Source: Eledone cirrhosa (Eukaryota). From it: a stretch of DNA of 64,000 nt. The stretch covers positions 332,072,001 through 332,136,000 of the forward strand of contig OZ024743.1 of assembly GCA_964016885.1 (NCBI GenBank), written 5' to 3'. This document shows positions 47,875 to 60,200 of this stretch, in pieces. The notes beneath the pieces are model-generated. The model searched no databases. It saw nothing but the letters and a program-made list of their open reading frames with translations, and had not been told where the DNA came from. Numbering within the stretch: the first letter of the stretch is position 1; each line of letters starts with the position of its first letter. A program made the position numbers and the translations under genes.

Positions 47875-49050
47875 GCACAGAATCCAAAGAAAGAATCCTT
47901 TAGACACAGAAGCAAGAGGTCCAACACTGGTCTAGCTGAGTCTGGAGGCTCAAGGATGAGGACCGGAACTTCAAACTGAGGTGGAAAATTCTCCGTATTG
48001 TGTATATATATATGCATGTGTGTATATATGCAAGTGTGTATATATGCAAGTGTGTATGTACATGTATAATTTCTATGTGTGAGAGAGAGTGTGTGCGTAG
48101 ACAGGGAGAAGGAGGGTGATTTGATCGAGGAACAATAAGGTAGATGAGACAATTAAGGCTAAGAGACAGACATGGAAGAATGGAGGAAACAGAGTATACT
48201 ACATAGAGGCCAGGAGGGAAGCTAGACGACAAGTATATTTGGCAAAGAGAGAATAAAAAATACAAGCATGTTTTGCAACGTGAGGACCAGAAACAGGAGG
48301 TGTTCAGGATTGCGAGGCAGTGTGTCAGAAAGAATTGTGATGTCATTCGAGAGAAGTGTATCCAGAATGATAAAGGTGAGCTTGCCCTCACAAGTGCTGA
48401 GAAGAAAGCTGCGTGGAAGAGCCATTATGAAAGATTACTAAATGAGGAGAATGCATGGGAGAAAGAGACCCTACCCCAAGTGGACCCTACAGAGGGCCCA
48501 GCTGTACAAGTTAGCAGCAGTGTAGTAAGGCAATTAAGGATATGAAGACTGGGAAAGCAGTCAGTCCATCAGGAATAGTTGCTGAGATACTGACGGCATC
48601 TGGGTCGGTAGGTCACACCATAACCACCCATATTGTTAACCAAGTAACACTAGATGGTGTCATACCAAATGAGTGGCACAGCAGCAACACTAACAATTGC
48701 TACAAGGGTAAAGGAGATGCACTAGATAGATGAAACTATAGAGGTTATACCAAGTCATGAAAGTAACGTAAAGAGTTATAGCACAGTTGATTAGGGACCG
48801 GGTAAAACTAGATGAGATGCAGTTTGGGTTGGTGCCAGGCAAAAGCACCACTGATGCCCTCTTCCTTGTGAGACAGTTACGAGAAAAGTACCTAGCTAAA
48901 AGTAAGCCTCTCTACCTGGCATTTGTTGATCTGGAGAAGGCTTTTGACAGAGTGCCCTGTGCTATAATCTGGTGGGCTCTTAGAAAACTTGGAGTAGATG
49001 AATGGCTTGTGAAGGTTGTCAATCCATGTATAGGGGAGCAGTCAGCAAAG
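47875..49050 (+). pseudogene. Older RTE internal fragment, interrupted by a microsatellite
   Basis: QREDQKQEVFRIARQC, MKTGKAVSPSGIVAE, MQFG..KSTTDALF..FVDLEKAFDRV, with stops and frameshifts. Confidence 0.88.
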
Positions 49051-49104
49051 TTAGTTATACTAATACACTTGTTTTACAGTTGAATAAATGTACACAAATA
49101 AAAT

Positions 49105-49135
<31 letters not shown>

Positions 49136-49144
49136 AACTCATAA

Positions 49145-49228
49145 GCACCTGAAGAAAGGTCCCTAATTTGATGCCTCTTGTATTCTGGAAGTATGGTCAA
49201 ATTTAGGCCTTGAAATCTTGGGTAGTGC
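49145..49228 (+). ncRNA. Candidate type I hammerhead ribozyme
   Basis: GCAC-CTGAAGA-[AAGG..CCTAATTTGA / TCAAATTTAGGCCTT]-GAAA-TCTTGGG-TA/GTGC. The core is intact; stem III is weak. Lies between microsatellites. Confidence 0.6.
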
Positions 49229-49257
49229 CTCTGTACCATGTATGAACACACACACAC

Positions 49258-49328
<71 letters not shown>

Positions 49329-49488
49329 CATACACACACACATACATAAATTGATACAACCTATTTCTCACACTAATTCTCTCTCTCTGGCCACCATAAC
49401 ATACCTTGATCGTCCTAACTAAACTTACTTGCTGTTATCTCTCTACATCTCTATCTATCTCTATCTATCTATCTATCTCTATCTATCT

Positions 49489-49923
49489 TATATGGTGGAC
49501 GAGGTTGAGAGGACTGAGGACAGATACCTTTCTCTCCGGACAACAATTGATTCCCTTCTTTAAGTATCACTTTAGAAGGAGAATCAGGGTGGAGAGAGAG
49601 AGGCACTGCACCCCAGTAAATTTACTGAAAGGTGGGTGAATGAAGCCAAAATGGCCCGAGTGATTGGGCCTTCTCTGTTTATAAGCCTGTAGGTTGAAGA
49701 AGAGAGCAAAAGGAAGAAAGGAGCACTTGCACAACACGCTCCTGGAGTTGAGGGTTGTTCTATCGACGGGTATTAAACAACCCATTTGTGGCGCCTTCCC
49801 CCTATTGGGGATTTTGATTGTTGTAATTGTTTGTTTTTATATTTTTTACACAACTATGTAAAATCCCCGGCATGTCTTTGTATTGTCCCCTTTTCTTGTG
49901 TGCCCTTGTGGCTAATAAAGAAA
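49489..49923 (+). mobile_element. 5'-truncated relative of the Tx1-type LINE, inserted in (TCTA)n
   Basis: IWWTRLRGLRTDTFLSGQQL..FFKYHFRRRIRVERE matches the ORF2 C-terminus at 5772-5972. 3'UTR ends GTGCCCTTGTGGCTAATAAAGAA. TCTA repeats on both flanks. Confidence 0.9.
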
Positions 49924-50049
49924 TATATCTATATCTATCTATCTATATCTATCTATCTCTCTAGTTAGCTAGCTTTCCCCTGAATTTTTTTTACAGTCCA
50001 AATAAGTGAAGGGCCGGAGTGATGGAGTGGGAGAAGGAGACGGACTGGG

Positions 50050-50640
50050 ATAGGAAAGAGATGGTAGGAAGGAGGGTGTGGAAAAAGATAATGTATGAAG
50101 AAGAAAAAAAGGAAAAAGAAAAAAGAAAAAGAGCGTCAAGAACAGGGAGAAGAGAGAGAAGAGCGAGAAGAGCGAGAAGAACAAGAGGAGGAGGATAGAT
50201 CAATGGGAAAGACAATCTCTAAGATTAAAGAATGATTTACTACAACCAATGTAAAGTAGTTGAAGCATGAAGTGTTAGGAGGCAAGATTTGATGTAGTTA
50301 CCATGGAAACTAAGAAAACTGCTTCCCAGAATACATCTTGCTTAAAGATGAGTGTCCATGGATAATGTTTACAGGGGGGAGTTTAGAAGGGGGTAGTAGG
50401 ATAAGGATGAAAGAGAGGGTTATTGAGATAGGGGTGTCTGAGTAGATAAAGGAAGAAGATCTGGAGGGAGGGGGAGGGGAGAGAGGGGAGAGAAGGGAGA
50501 GAGAGGAGAGAGAGGAGAGAAGGGAGAGAGAGGAGAGGAGGGAGAGAGAGGAGAGGAGGGAGAGAGAGAGGAAAGGAGAGAGAGGAAAGGAGAGAGAGGA
50601 AAGGAGAGAGAGGAGAGAGAGGAGAGAAGAATGAAGAGAA
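50050..50640. repeat. Purine (GA)-rich low-complexity tracts
   Basis: Visible. A similar tract lies at 53740-53912. Confidence 0.8.
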
Positions 50641-51430
50641 ACATGCACTAGTTCTAGAAACGTGTGTGCGTGTGCGTGTGTGTGTAGACATGTATTGTAT
50701 TTATGTGTGTAAGAGTATACCTGTAATTACTTTTATGCATGTATGTGTGTGTACATGTAAAGATGTATATAGACATGCTAATAGTCTATTTCACATGTGG
50801 TAGCTAAGATATCAAATTTATACCAGATGTTCCCTGCAATATATAAGGGTGGTGCCCCAGCATGGCCTCAGCCGGATGGCTGAAACAGGTAAAAGAGAAT
50901 ATAATAAAAAGGACGGGGTGTTAGATCTTCATTACATTTACTGAGGTGTGACGTGCATTTCGTGATTGATCATCTCAAGACTCAATGACAGAATCACATA
51001 ACAGAATCACCATAACAGAAGTTTGACGAGTTTCTGATACCATAGTCGAGCCCAATCAATACAGATCGAGCCTTGAGCTGATCAATTGGCCTTTTTTATT
51101 TACATTGGTAAACTCTGCTTATTACAACACCAATATACCTACTGGAAATTATGCATAGAGTGCTCACTTTAGTGAACCTATAGAACTAAGCCATGCTAGC
51201 GTGGAAGAACGGACGTAAAACAGTGATGATGAAGATGATGATCATGATGATACCATATTCCGATGATTTGTTCAGAGACGCACACTGTAAGGCCGAGTGA
51301 CGCAATTTCGAGTGATTAGCGGCCTTTAGACTCACCTGATGAATGAAACAATTGTTAATACTGTAAATAAAACCCTTTTTGTACAGCCAACCATGTTATT
51401 CTTCACTCTTTCACTATATATATATATATA

Positions 51431-51552
51431 TAGTTTTGCGAGGTTTTTTATATGAAATCGTGTGTCGAAACAAATATTGTTATACTTGGGGAGGGTCATA
51501 TATGTGTAATATTGCCAGAATTAAAAACAGAACACACTCACTGTTTGGTTGG
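51431..51552 (+). mobile_element. Co-linear copy of the 6268/27048 short repeat family, within (TA)n
   Basis: TAGTTTTGCGAGGTTTTTTATATGAAATCGTGTGTCGAAAC..TTGGGGAGGGTCATAT..CACTGTTTGGTTGG. Confidence 0.85.
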
Positions 51553-51936
51553 TGTTATATATATATATATAAATATATATACATGATGATGATGATGATA
51601 TACATACAAGTATGTGTTTGTGTATTGAACAATGAAAACAAAACAAAAGTCAAAGATAGGTAGATAATTAATTCATTGTTGTACAATCATTTCAGAGGGT
51701 TGATTGATTGTGGAAGATTGATATAGTCTAGCATGGAAGTGGTTACGTCACTGCCTGTTATTGGCCCCTTTTGTCTAGATATATATATGGCAATTCAATA
51801 TAACACTTTGTTCACATATAAGATCTAGCAGTGATTCGGTATGTAAGATAATTTTTCTATTTGTCCCATATTCTTATGATGAACTCGCCTCCTGATGACA
51901 AAACTTCAATTCTTTCAGTATTAGTTATTCCAATAT

Positions 51937-52041
51937 CACCGCCACCACCACCACCGCCACCACCATGCCGCCACCACCACCACCGCCACCACCACCGCCG
52001 CCGCCGCCGCCACCACCACCACCGCCGCCGCCACCACCGCC
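51937..52041. repeat. (CCA/CCG)n trinucleotide tract replacing the RTE tail
   Basis: Visible; abuts the RTE 3'UTR. Confidence 0.85.
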
Positions 52042-53268
52042 GAGCAAGAGTGGTTGTCTTACTCGTATAGGACTGTCTGGCGGGTTTTCTACGGCTGGAT
52101 GCCCTTCCTAACATCAACCACATTTACAGTGTGGGTCTGGGAGGTTTTTACCGTGTTACCTACACGGCCACATTACAGCGTGGACTGTGTGTTTTTTTGT
52201 CGTGACACCTACACGACCTCATTTGTTTCGGGCTGGATGTTGTGGTACCAACATAACTTTACATTGAAAGGGGTGGTGTGGATGGGTGGGGGTAGTGGGA
52301 TGGGGGTGTATTTTGTTAGAGGTGCCTACTGACTGTAGTAGGCTTTACTTTGTATTTAGGTAAGGCGGGTCTTCTGTATTACTGTGTAGCGCCAAAGATC
52401 TCGGTCCAGTGACATTGTCTTGGAGAGGTGTGTGAGTGTGTGAGATCGGAATTTATCAAGTCATCCCAGGTTTTTCTGGGTCTGCCTACTCCGTGGCTAC
52501 CGTCTATTTTTATTGCCCTGCACTTTTTTATACAGCTGTCGTCTTTCATGCGCATCGTAGTCTTCTCTCGAGTAAACAACATCTGATCCCTCTTATTCCT
52601 AATTTCTCCCTTAGTTCGTTTATGCTTTGCCGTTCACGTATATTACTATTACACATCCAACGGAGCATGCATGCTTCGTTCCTCTCCAGTCTGCGTATAT
52701 CCTCTGCACACAATGCCCAGGTCTCACTGCCATGTAACATTGCTGTTCGTATGCAGGCATCATACAACCTGCCTTTCATTTTTAGGGAGAACCCTTTAGC
52801 GGCTAATAGTGGTATAAGCTCTCTGAACTTTTTCCATCCAGTTCTGACTCTAGCTACTGTACTTTCAGAGCACCCTCCCCCACTGTTGATTTTGTCACCC
52901 AGGTAACGGAAGCTGTCCACTATTTCTATAGAACCATCTGTGCAATGGAATGAGCTAGTATTCTGTGGGCATTTCCTGCTACTTCTTGCACCAGAGCACC
53001 GACCACATATAAAATCTATGTTCTTAGTTAGCTTACCTGTGATCCCACTACATCTTTTATGCACCCATACTTTGCATTTGGGACATAAAATGGAGTTTCT
53101 ACCTACTCCTTTCCTACACACTGAGCATGACCATTTCCCGGATGGGACCGGCGCCCTATTTTCCTTCCTACAAACTAGAACTTTAGTCTTAGCCAGGTTA
53201 ATTTTAAGGCCTTTTGCTTCTAGGCCATGCTTCCATGATTGGAATTTCTTCTCTAGTTTGGCCATTGA
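52042..53268 (-). mobile_element. 5'-truncated RTE LINE lacking its terminal ~100 bp and tail
   Basis: ORF 52546-53265 (PHD finger, FRYLG, RRLR) and a 3'UTR matching 18005-18315. Confidence 0.93.
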
Positions 53269-53996
53269 TATATATATATTTTTATATATATATATTTTCC
53301 TTTATATCAAGTATTCTAATCTTATATATATATATATATATATATATGCATATCCTAATACAAGGGTCAGACAAGACTTTTGAGGTAGGTTTTCAAAGGC
53401 CCAATGTCAATCCCTACTTTTTTTTAAAAATATGGTACTTATTCCGCAGATACTGCTATGGGCATTCCTGATGATTTCATACGAATGAAACAGTTCTAGT
53501 CTTGTAGAAGTTATTTCTATATTAAATAATGATGTTCACACTCTACTAATATATTGATACCTTATTTACTGTGGCTACCCCCGATTTAACTAGGGATCTA
53601 TATATATACACACACTCATGTGTTCTACCTAAAGATCAATGCTGCTTGGTTGAAAAACTAGTAGATCAAATTGAACTCTGGAACTGATTGAAAATTGTAC
53701 AAGTTGTTGAAATTAATGATGGAGGTGGAGCTAAGAGCGTAGGGAAGAGAGGGGGGTGAGAATGAGAAAGTGGGAGAGGGAGTGGGAGAGAGAGTGGGCA
53801 GAGGGAGTGGTGAGTGGGAGTGGGGAGAGAATGAGAGAGTGGGAGGAGAGAGAGTGGGAAAGAGAGAGAGAGGGGAGAGGGAGTGGGAGAGAGAGAGAGA
53901 GAGTGAGTGAGTGAAAACTAACAAAGATATTAGATAAATAAAACATCGTTTTTAGATTTGTTACCAATTCTTTTCAATAGTGATTGTTTCATTAAA

Positions 53997-54190
53997 TAAT
54001 GGTGGTCATGGTGGTGGTGGTGGCGGAAGTGGTGATGGGGTTGATGATAATGGTGATGGTGGGGGTAGTGTTGATGGCAGCAACAGTGGCAATGGTGGTG
54101 GTGGCTGTGGTGGCGGAAATGGTGACGGTGACAGCAACTGATGTAACAGTGACAGCAGTGGTTACAGTGTTGATGGTGATGATGGTGATA
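53997..54190. repeat. Degenerate (GGT/GAT)n tract
   Basis: Visible. Confidence 0.75.
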
Positions 54191-54287
54191 ATTTACAGAA
54201 CCATCCCACCATTTTGTCTGCCTTTACTTCTCTTTTGAATTATTTCACCTAAGTTCGGTATCTTGGTATTTAATGTTTTTGGCGAAG

Positions 54288-57200
54288 TCATACAATGTGT
54301 ACCTGGGTATTTTAAACTCTAAGCTAGTGATACAATGTGTACCTAGGTATTTTAAACTCTAGGCTAGTGATGCAATGTGTACCTGGGTAGTTTAAACTCT
54401 TGGCTAGTGATACGATGTGTACCTGGGTATTTAAAACTCTAGGCTAGTGATGCAATGTGTACCTGGGTATTTAAAACTCTAGGCTAGTGATGCAATGTGT
54501 ACCTGGGTAGTTTAAACTCTAGGCTAGTGATACAATGTGTACGTGGGTATTTAAAACTCTAGGCTAGTGATGCAATGTGTACCTGGGTATTTAAAACTCT
54601 AGGCTAGTGATGCAATGTGTACCTGGGTAGTTTAAACTCTAGGCTAGTGATACAATGTGTACCTGGGTATTTAAAACTCTAGGCTAGTGATACAATGTGT
54701 ACCTGGGTATTTAAAACTCTAGGCTAGTGATGCAATGTGTACCTGGGTAGTTTAAACTCTTGGCTAGTGATACAATGTGTACCTGGGTATTTAAAACTGT
54801 AGGCTAGTGATACAATGTGTACCTGGGTATTTAAAACTCTTGGCTAGTGATACAATGTGTACCTGGGTATTTAAAACTCTAGGCTAGAGATACAATGTGT
54901 ACCTGGGTAGTTTAAACTCTTGGCTAGTGATACAATGTGTACCTGGGTATTTACAACTCTAGGCTAGTGATGCAATGTGTACCTGGGTAGTTTAAACTCT
55001 TTGCTAGTGATACAATGTGTACCTGGGTATTTATAACTCTAGGCTAGTGATACAATGTGTACCTGGGTATTTATAACTCTAAGCTAGTGATACAATGTGT
55101 ACCTAGGTATTTTAAACTCTAAGCTAGTGATAAAATGTGTACCTGAGTATTTAAAACTCTAGGTTAGTTATACAATGTGTACCTGGGTATTTATAACTCT
55201 AGGCTAGTGATACAATGTGTACCTGGGTGTTTAAAACTCTAGATTAGTGATACAATGTGTACCTGGGTATTTAAAACTCTAGGCTGGTGATACAATGTGT
55301 ACCTGGGTATTTTAAACTCTAGGCTAGCGATACAATGTGTACCTGGGTGTTTAAAACTCTAGGTTAGTTATACAATGTGTACCTGGGTATTTATAAATCT
55401 AGGCTAGTGATACAATGTGTACCTGGGTGTTTAAAACTCTAGGTTAGTGATACAGTGTGTACCTGGATATTTAAAACTCTAGGCTGGTGATACAATGTGT
55501 ACCTGGGTATTTATAACTCTAGGCTAGTGATACAATGTGTATCTGGGTATTTAAAACTCTAGGCTAGTGATACAATGTGTACCTGGGTATTTATAACTCT
55601 AGGCTAGTGATACAATGTGTACCTGGGTATTTAAAACTCTAGGTTAGTGATACAATGTGTACCTGTGTATTTAAAACTCTAGGCTAGTGATACAATGTGT
55701 ACCTGGGTATTTTAAACTCTACGATAGTGATACAATGTGTACCTGGATATTTAAAACTCTAGGCTAGTGTTACAATGTGTACCTGGGTATTAAAAACTCT
55801 TGGCTAGTGATACAATGTGTACATGGGTATTTAAAACTCTAGGCTAGGGATACAATGTGTACTTGGGTGTTTAAAACTCTAGGCTAGTGATACAATGTGT
55901 ACAAGGGTATTTAAAACTCTAGGCTAGGGATACAATGTGTACCTGGGTATTCAAAATTCTAGGTTAGTGATACAATGTGTACCTGGGTATTTAAAACTCT
56001 TGGCTAGTGATACAATGTGTACCTGGGTATTTAAAACTCTTGGCTAGTGATACAATGTGTACCTGGGTATTTAAAACTCTTGGCTAGTGATACAATGTGT
56101 ACCTGGGTATTTAAAACTCTTGGCTAGTGATACAATGTGTACCTGGATATTTAAAATTCTAGGCTAGTGATACAATGTGTACCTGGGTATTTAAAATTCT
56201 AGGCTAGTGATACAATGTGTACCTGGGTATTTAAAACTCTAGGCTAGTGATACAATGTGTACCTGGATATTTACAATTCTAGGCTGGTGATACAATGTGT
56301 ACCTGGGTATTTAAAATTCTAGGCTAGTGATACAATGTGTACCTGGGTATTTATAACTCTAGGCTAGTGATACCATGTGTACCTGGATATTTAAAATACT
56401 AGGCTAGTGATACAATGTGTACCTGGGTATTTAAAATTCTAGGCTAGTGATACAATGTGTACCTGGGTATTTAAAACTCTTGGCTAGTGATACAATGTGT
56501 ACCTGGATATTTAAAACTAGGTTAGTGATACAATGTGTACCTGGGTATTTATAACTCTAGGCTAGTGATACAATGTGTACCTGGATATTTAAAATACTAG
56601 GCTAGTGATACAATGTGTACCTGTGTATTTAAAACTCTAGGCTAGTGATACAATGTGTACCTGGATATTTAAAACTCTAAGCTAGTGATACAATGTGTAC
56701 CTGGGTATTTAGTGCCCTAAGCTAGCCATACAATGTGTACCTGGGTATTTAAAACTAGGTTAGTGATACAATGTGTATCTGGGTATTTAAAACTCTAGGC
56801 TAGTGATACAATGTGTACCTGGGTATTTAAAACTCTACGCTAGTGATACAATGTGTACCTGGATATTTAAAATTCTAGGCTAGTGATACAATGTGTACCT
56901 GGGTATTTAAAATTCTAGGCTAGTGATACAATGTGTACCTGGGTATTTAAAACTCTAGGCTAGTGATACAATGTGTACCTGGATATTTACAATTCTAGGC
57001 TGGTGATACAATGTGTACCTGGGTATTTAAAATTCTAGGCTAGTGATACAATGTGTACCTGGGTATTTATAACTCTAGGCTAGTGATACAATGTGTACCT
57101 GGATATTTAAAATACTAGGCTAGTGATACAATGTGTACCTGGGTATTTAAAATTCTAGGCTAGTGATACAATGTGTACCTGGGTATTTAAAACTCTTGGC

Positions 57201-60200
57201 TAGTGATACAATGTGTACCTGGATATTTAAAACTAGGTTAGTGATACAATGTGTACCTGGGTATTTATAACTCTAGGCTAGTCATACAATGTGTACCTGG
57301 ATATTTAAAATACTAGGCTAGTGATACAATGTGTACCTGTGTATTTAAAACTCTAGGCTAGTGATACAATGTGTACCTGGATATTTAAAACTCTAAGCTA
57401 GTGATACAATGTGTACCTGGGTATTTAAAACTAGGTTAGTGATACAATGTGTACCTGGGTATTTATAACTCTAGGTTAGTGATACAATGTGTACCTGGGT
57501 ATTCAAAATTCTAGGTTAGTGATACAATGTGTACCTGGGTATTTAAAACTCTTGGCTAGTGATACAATGTGTACCTGGATATTTAAAATTCTAGGCTAGT
57601 GATACAATGTGTACCTGGGTATTTAAAATTATAGGCTAGTGATACAATGTGTACCTGGGTATTTATAACTCTAGGCTAGTGATACAATGTGTACCTGGGT
57701 ATTTATAACTCTAGGCTAGTGATACAATGTGTACCTGGGTATTTAAAACTCTAGGCTAGCGATACAATGTGTACCTGGGTATTTAAAACTCTTGGCTAAT
57801 GATACAATGTGTACCTGGGTATTTAAAACTCTTGGCTAATGATACAATGTGTACCTGGGTATTTAAAACTCTTGGCTAGTGATACAATGTGTACCTGGGT
57901 ATTTAAAACTCCAGGCTAGCGATACAATGTGTACCTGGGTATTTAAAACCCTTGGCTAGTGATACAATGTGTAACTTGGTATTTAAAACTCTAGGCTAGT
58001 GATACAATGTGTACCTGGGTATTTATAACTCTAGGCTAGTGATACAATGTGTACCTGGGTATTTAAAACCCTTGGCTAGTGGTACAATGTGTAACTTGGT
58101 ATTTAAAACTCTTGGCTAATGATACAATGTGTACCTGGGTATTTAAAACCCTTGGCTAGTGATACAATGTGTAACTTAGTATTTAAAACTCTTGGCTAGT
58201 GATACAATGTGTACCTGAGTATTTAAAACTCTAGGTTAGTGATACAATGTGTACCTGAGTATTTAAAACTCTAGGCTAGTGATACAATGTGTATCTGTGT
58301 ATTTATAACTCTAGGCTAGTGATAAAATGTGTACATGGGTTATTTATAACTTTAGGCTAGTGATACAATGTGTACCTGGGTATTTAAAACTCTTGGCTAG
58401 TGATATAATGTGTACCTGGATATTTAAAACTCTTGGCTAGTGATACAATGTGTACCTGGGCATTTAAAACTCTTAGCTAGTGATACAATGTGTACCTGGG
58501 CATTTAGTGCCCTAAGCTAGCCATACAATGTGTACCTGGGTATTTAAAACTCTTGGCTAGTGATACAATGTGTACCTGGATATTTAAAACTAGGTTAGTG
58601 ATACAATGTGTACCTGGGTATTTATAACTCTAGGTGAGTGACACAATGTGTACCTGGGTATTTATAACTCTAGGCTAGTGATACAATGTGTACCTCGATA
58701 TTTAAAATTCTAGGCTAGTGATACAATGTGTACCTGGGTATTTAAAACTCTTGGCTAGCGATAAAATGTGTACATGGGTATTTAAAACTCTAGGCTAGTG
58801 ATACAATGTGTACCTGGATATTTAAAATTCTAGGCTAGCTATACAATGTGTACCTGGGTATTTAGTGCCCTAAGCTAGCGATACAATGTGTACCTGGATA
58901 TTTAAAACTCTAAGCTAGTGATACAATGTGTACCTGGGTATTTAGTGCCCTAAGTTAGCGATACAATGTGTACCTGGGTATTTAAAACACTAGGCTAGTG
59001 ATACAATGTGTACCTGGGTATTTAAAACACTTGGCTAATGATACAATGTGTACCTGGGTATTTAAAACCCTTGGCTAGTGATACAATGTGTAACTTGGTA
59101 TTTAAAACTCAAGGTTAGTGATACTATGTGTACCTGGGTATTTAAAACTCTTGGCTAGTGATACAATGTGTACCTGGGTGGGTATTTAAATCTCTTTGCT
59201 AGTGCTATAATGTGTACCTGAATATTTAAAACTCTAGGCTAGCGATACAATGTGTACCTGGGTATTTAAAACTTTAGGCTAGTGATACAATGTGTACCTC
59301 GGTATTTAAAACTCAAGGTTAGTGATTCAATCTGTACCTAGGTATTTAAAACTCTAGGCTAGTGATACAATGTGTACCTGGGTATTTAAAACTCAAGGTT
59401 AGTGATACAATGTGTACCTGGATATTTAAAACTCTAGGCTAGTGATACAATGTGTACCTGGATATTTAAAACTCTAGGTTAGTGATACAATGTGTACCTG
59501 GTATTTAAAACTCTAGGTTAGTGATACAATGTGTACCTGGGTATTTAAAACTCTAGGCTAGTGTTACAATGTGTACCTGGGTATTTAAAACTCTAGGTTA
59601 GTGATACAATGTGTACCTGGGTATTTAAAACTTTAGGCTAGTGATACAATGTGTACCTGGGTATTCAAAATTCTAGGTTAGTGATACAATGTGTACCTGG
59701 GTATTTAAAACTCTTGGCTAGTGATATAATGTGTACCTGGATATTTAAAACTCTTGGCTAGTGATACAATGTGTACCTGGGCATTTAAAACTCTTAGCTA
59801 GCTATATAATGTGTGCCTGGGTATTTAGTGCCCTACGCTAGCCATACAATGTGTACCTGGGTATTTAAAATTCTAGGCTAGTGATACAATGTGTACCTGG
59901 GTGTTTAAAACTCTAGGCTAGTGATACAATGTGTACCTGGATATTTATAACTCTAGGCTAGTGATACAATGTGTACCTGGGTATTTAAAACTCTAGGCTA
60001 GTGATACAATGTGTACCTGGATATTTAAAATTCTAGGCTAGTGATACAATGTGTACCTGGGTATTTAAAATTCTAGGCTAGTGATACAATGTGTACCTAG
60101 GTATTTAAAACTCTAGGCTAGTGATACAATGTGTACCTGGATATTTAAAATTCTAGGCTGGTGATACAATGTGTACCTGGGTATTTAAAATTCTAGGCTA

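Noticed and set aside
53468-53505. CTGATGA...GAAAC...GTC hammerhead-like boxes
   Set aside because: Stem I and stem III do not pair convincingly.
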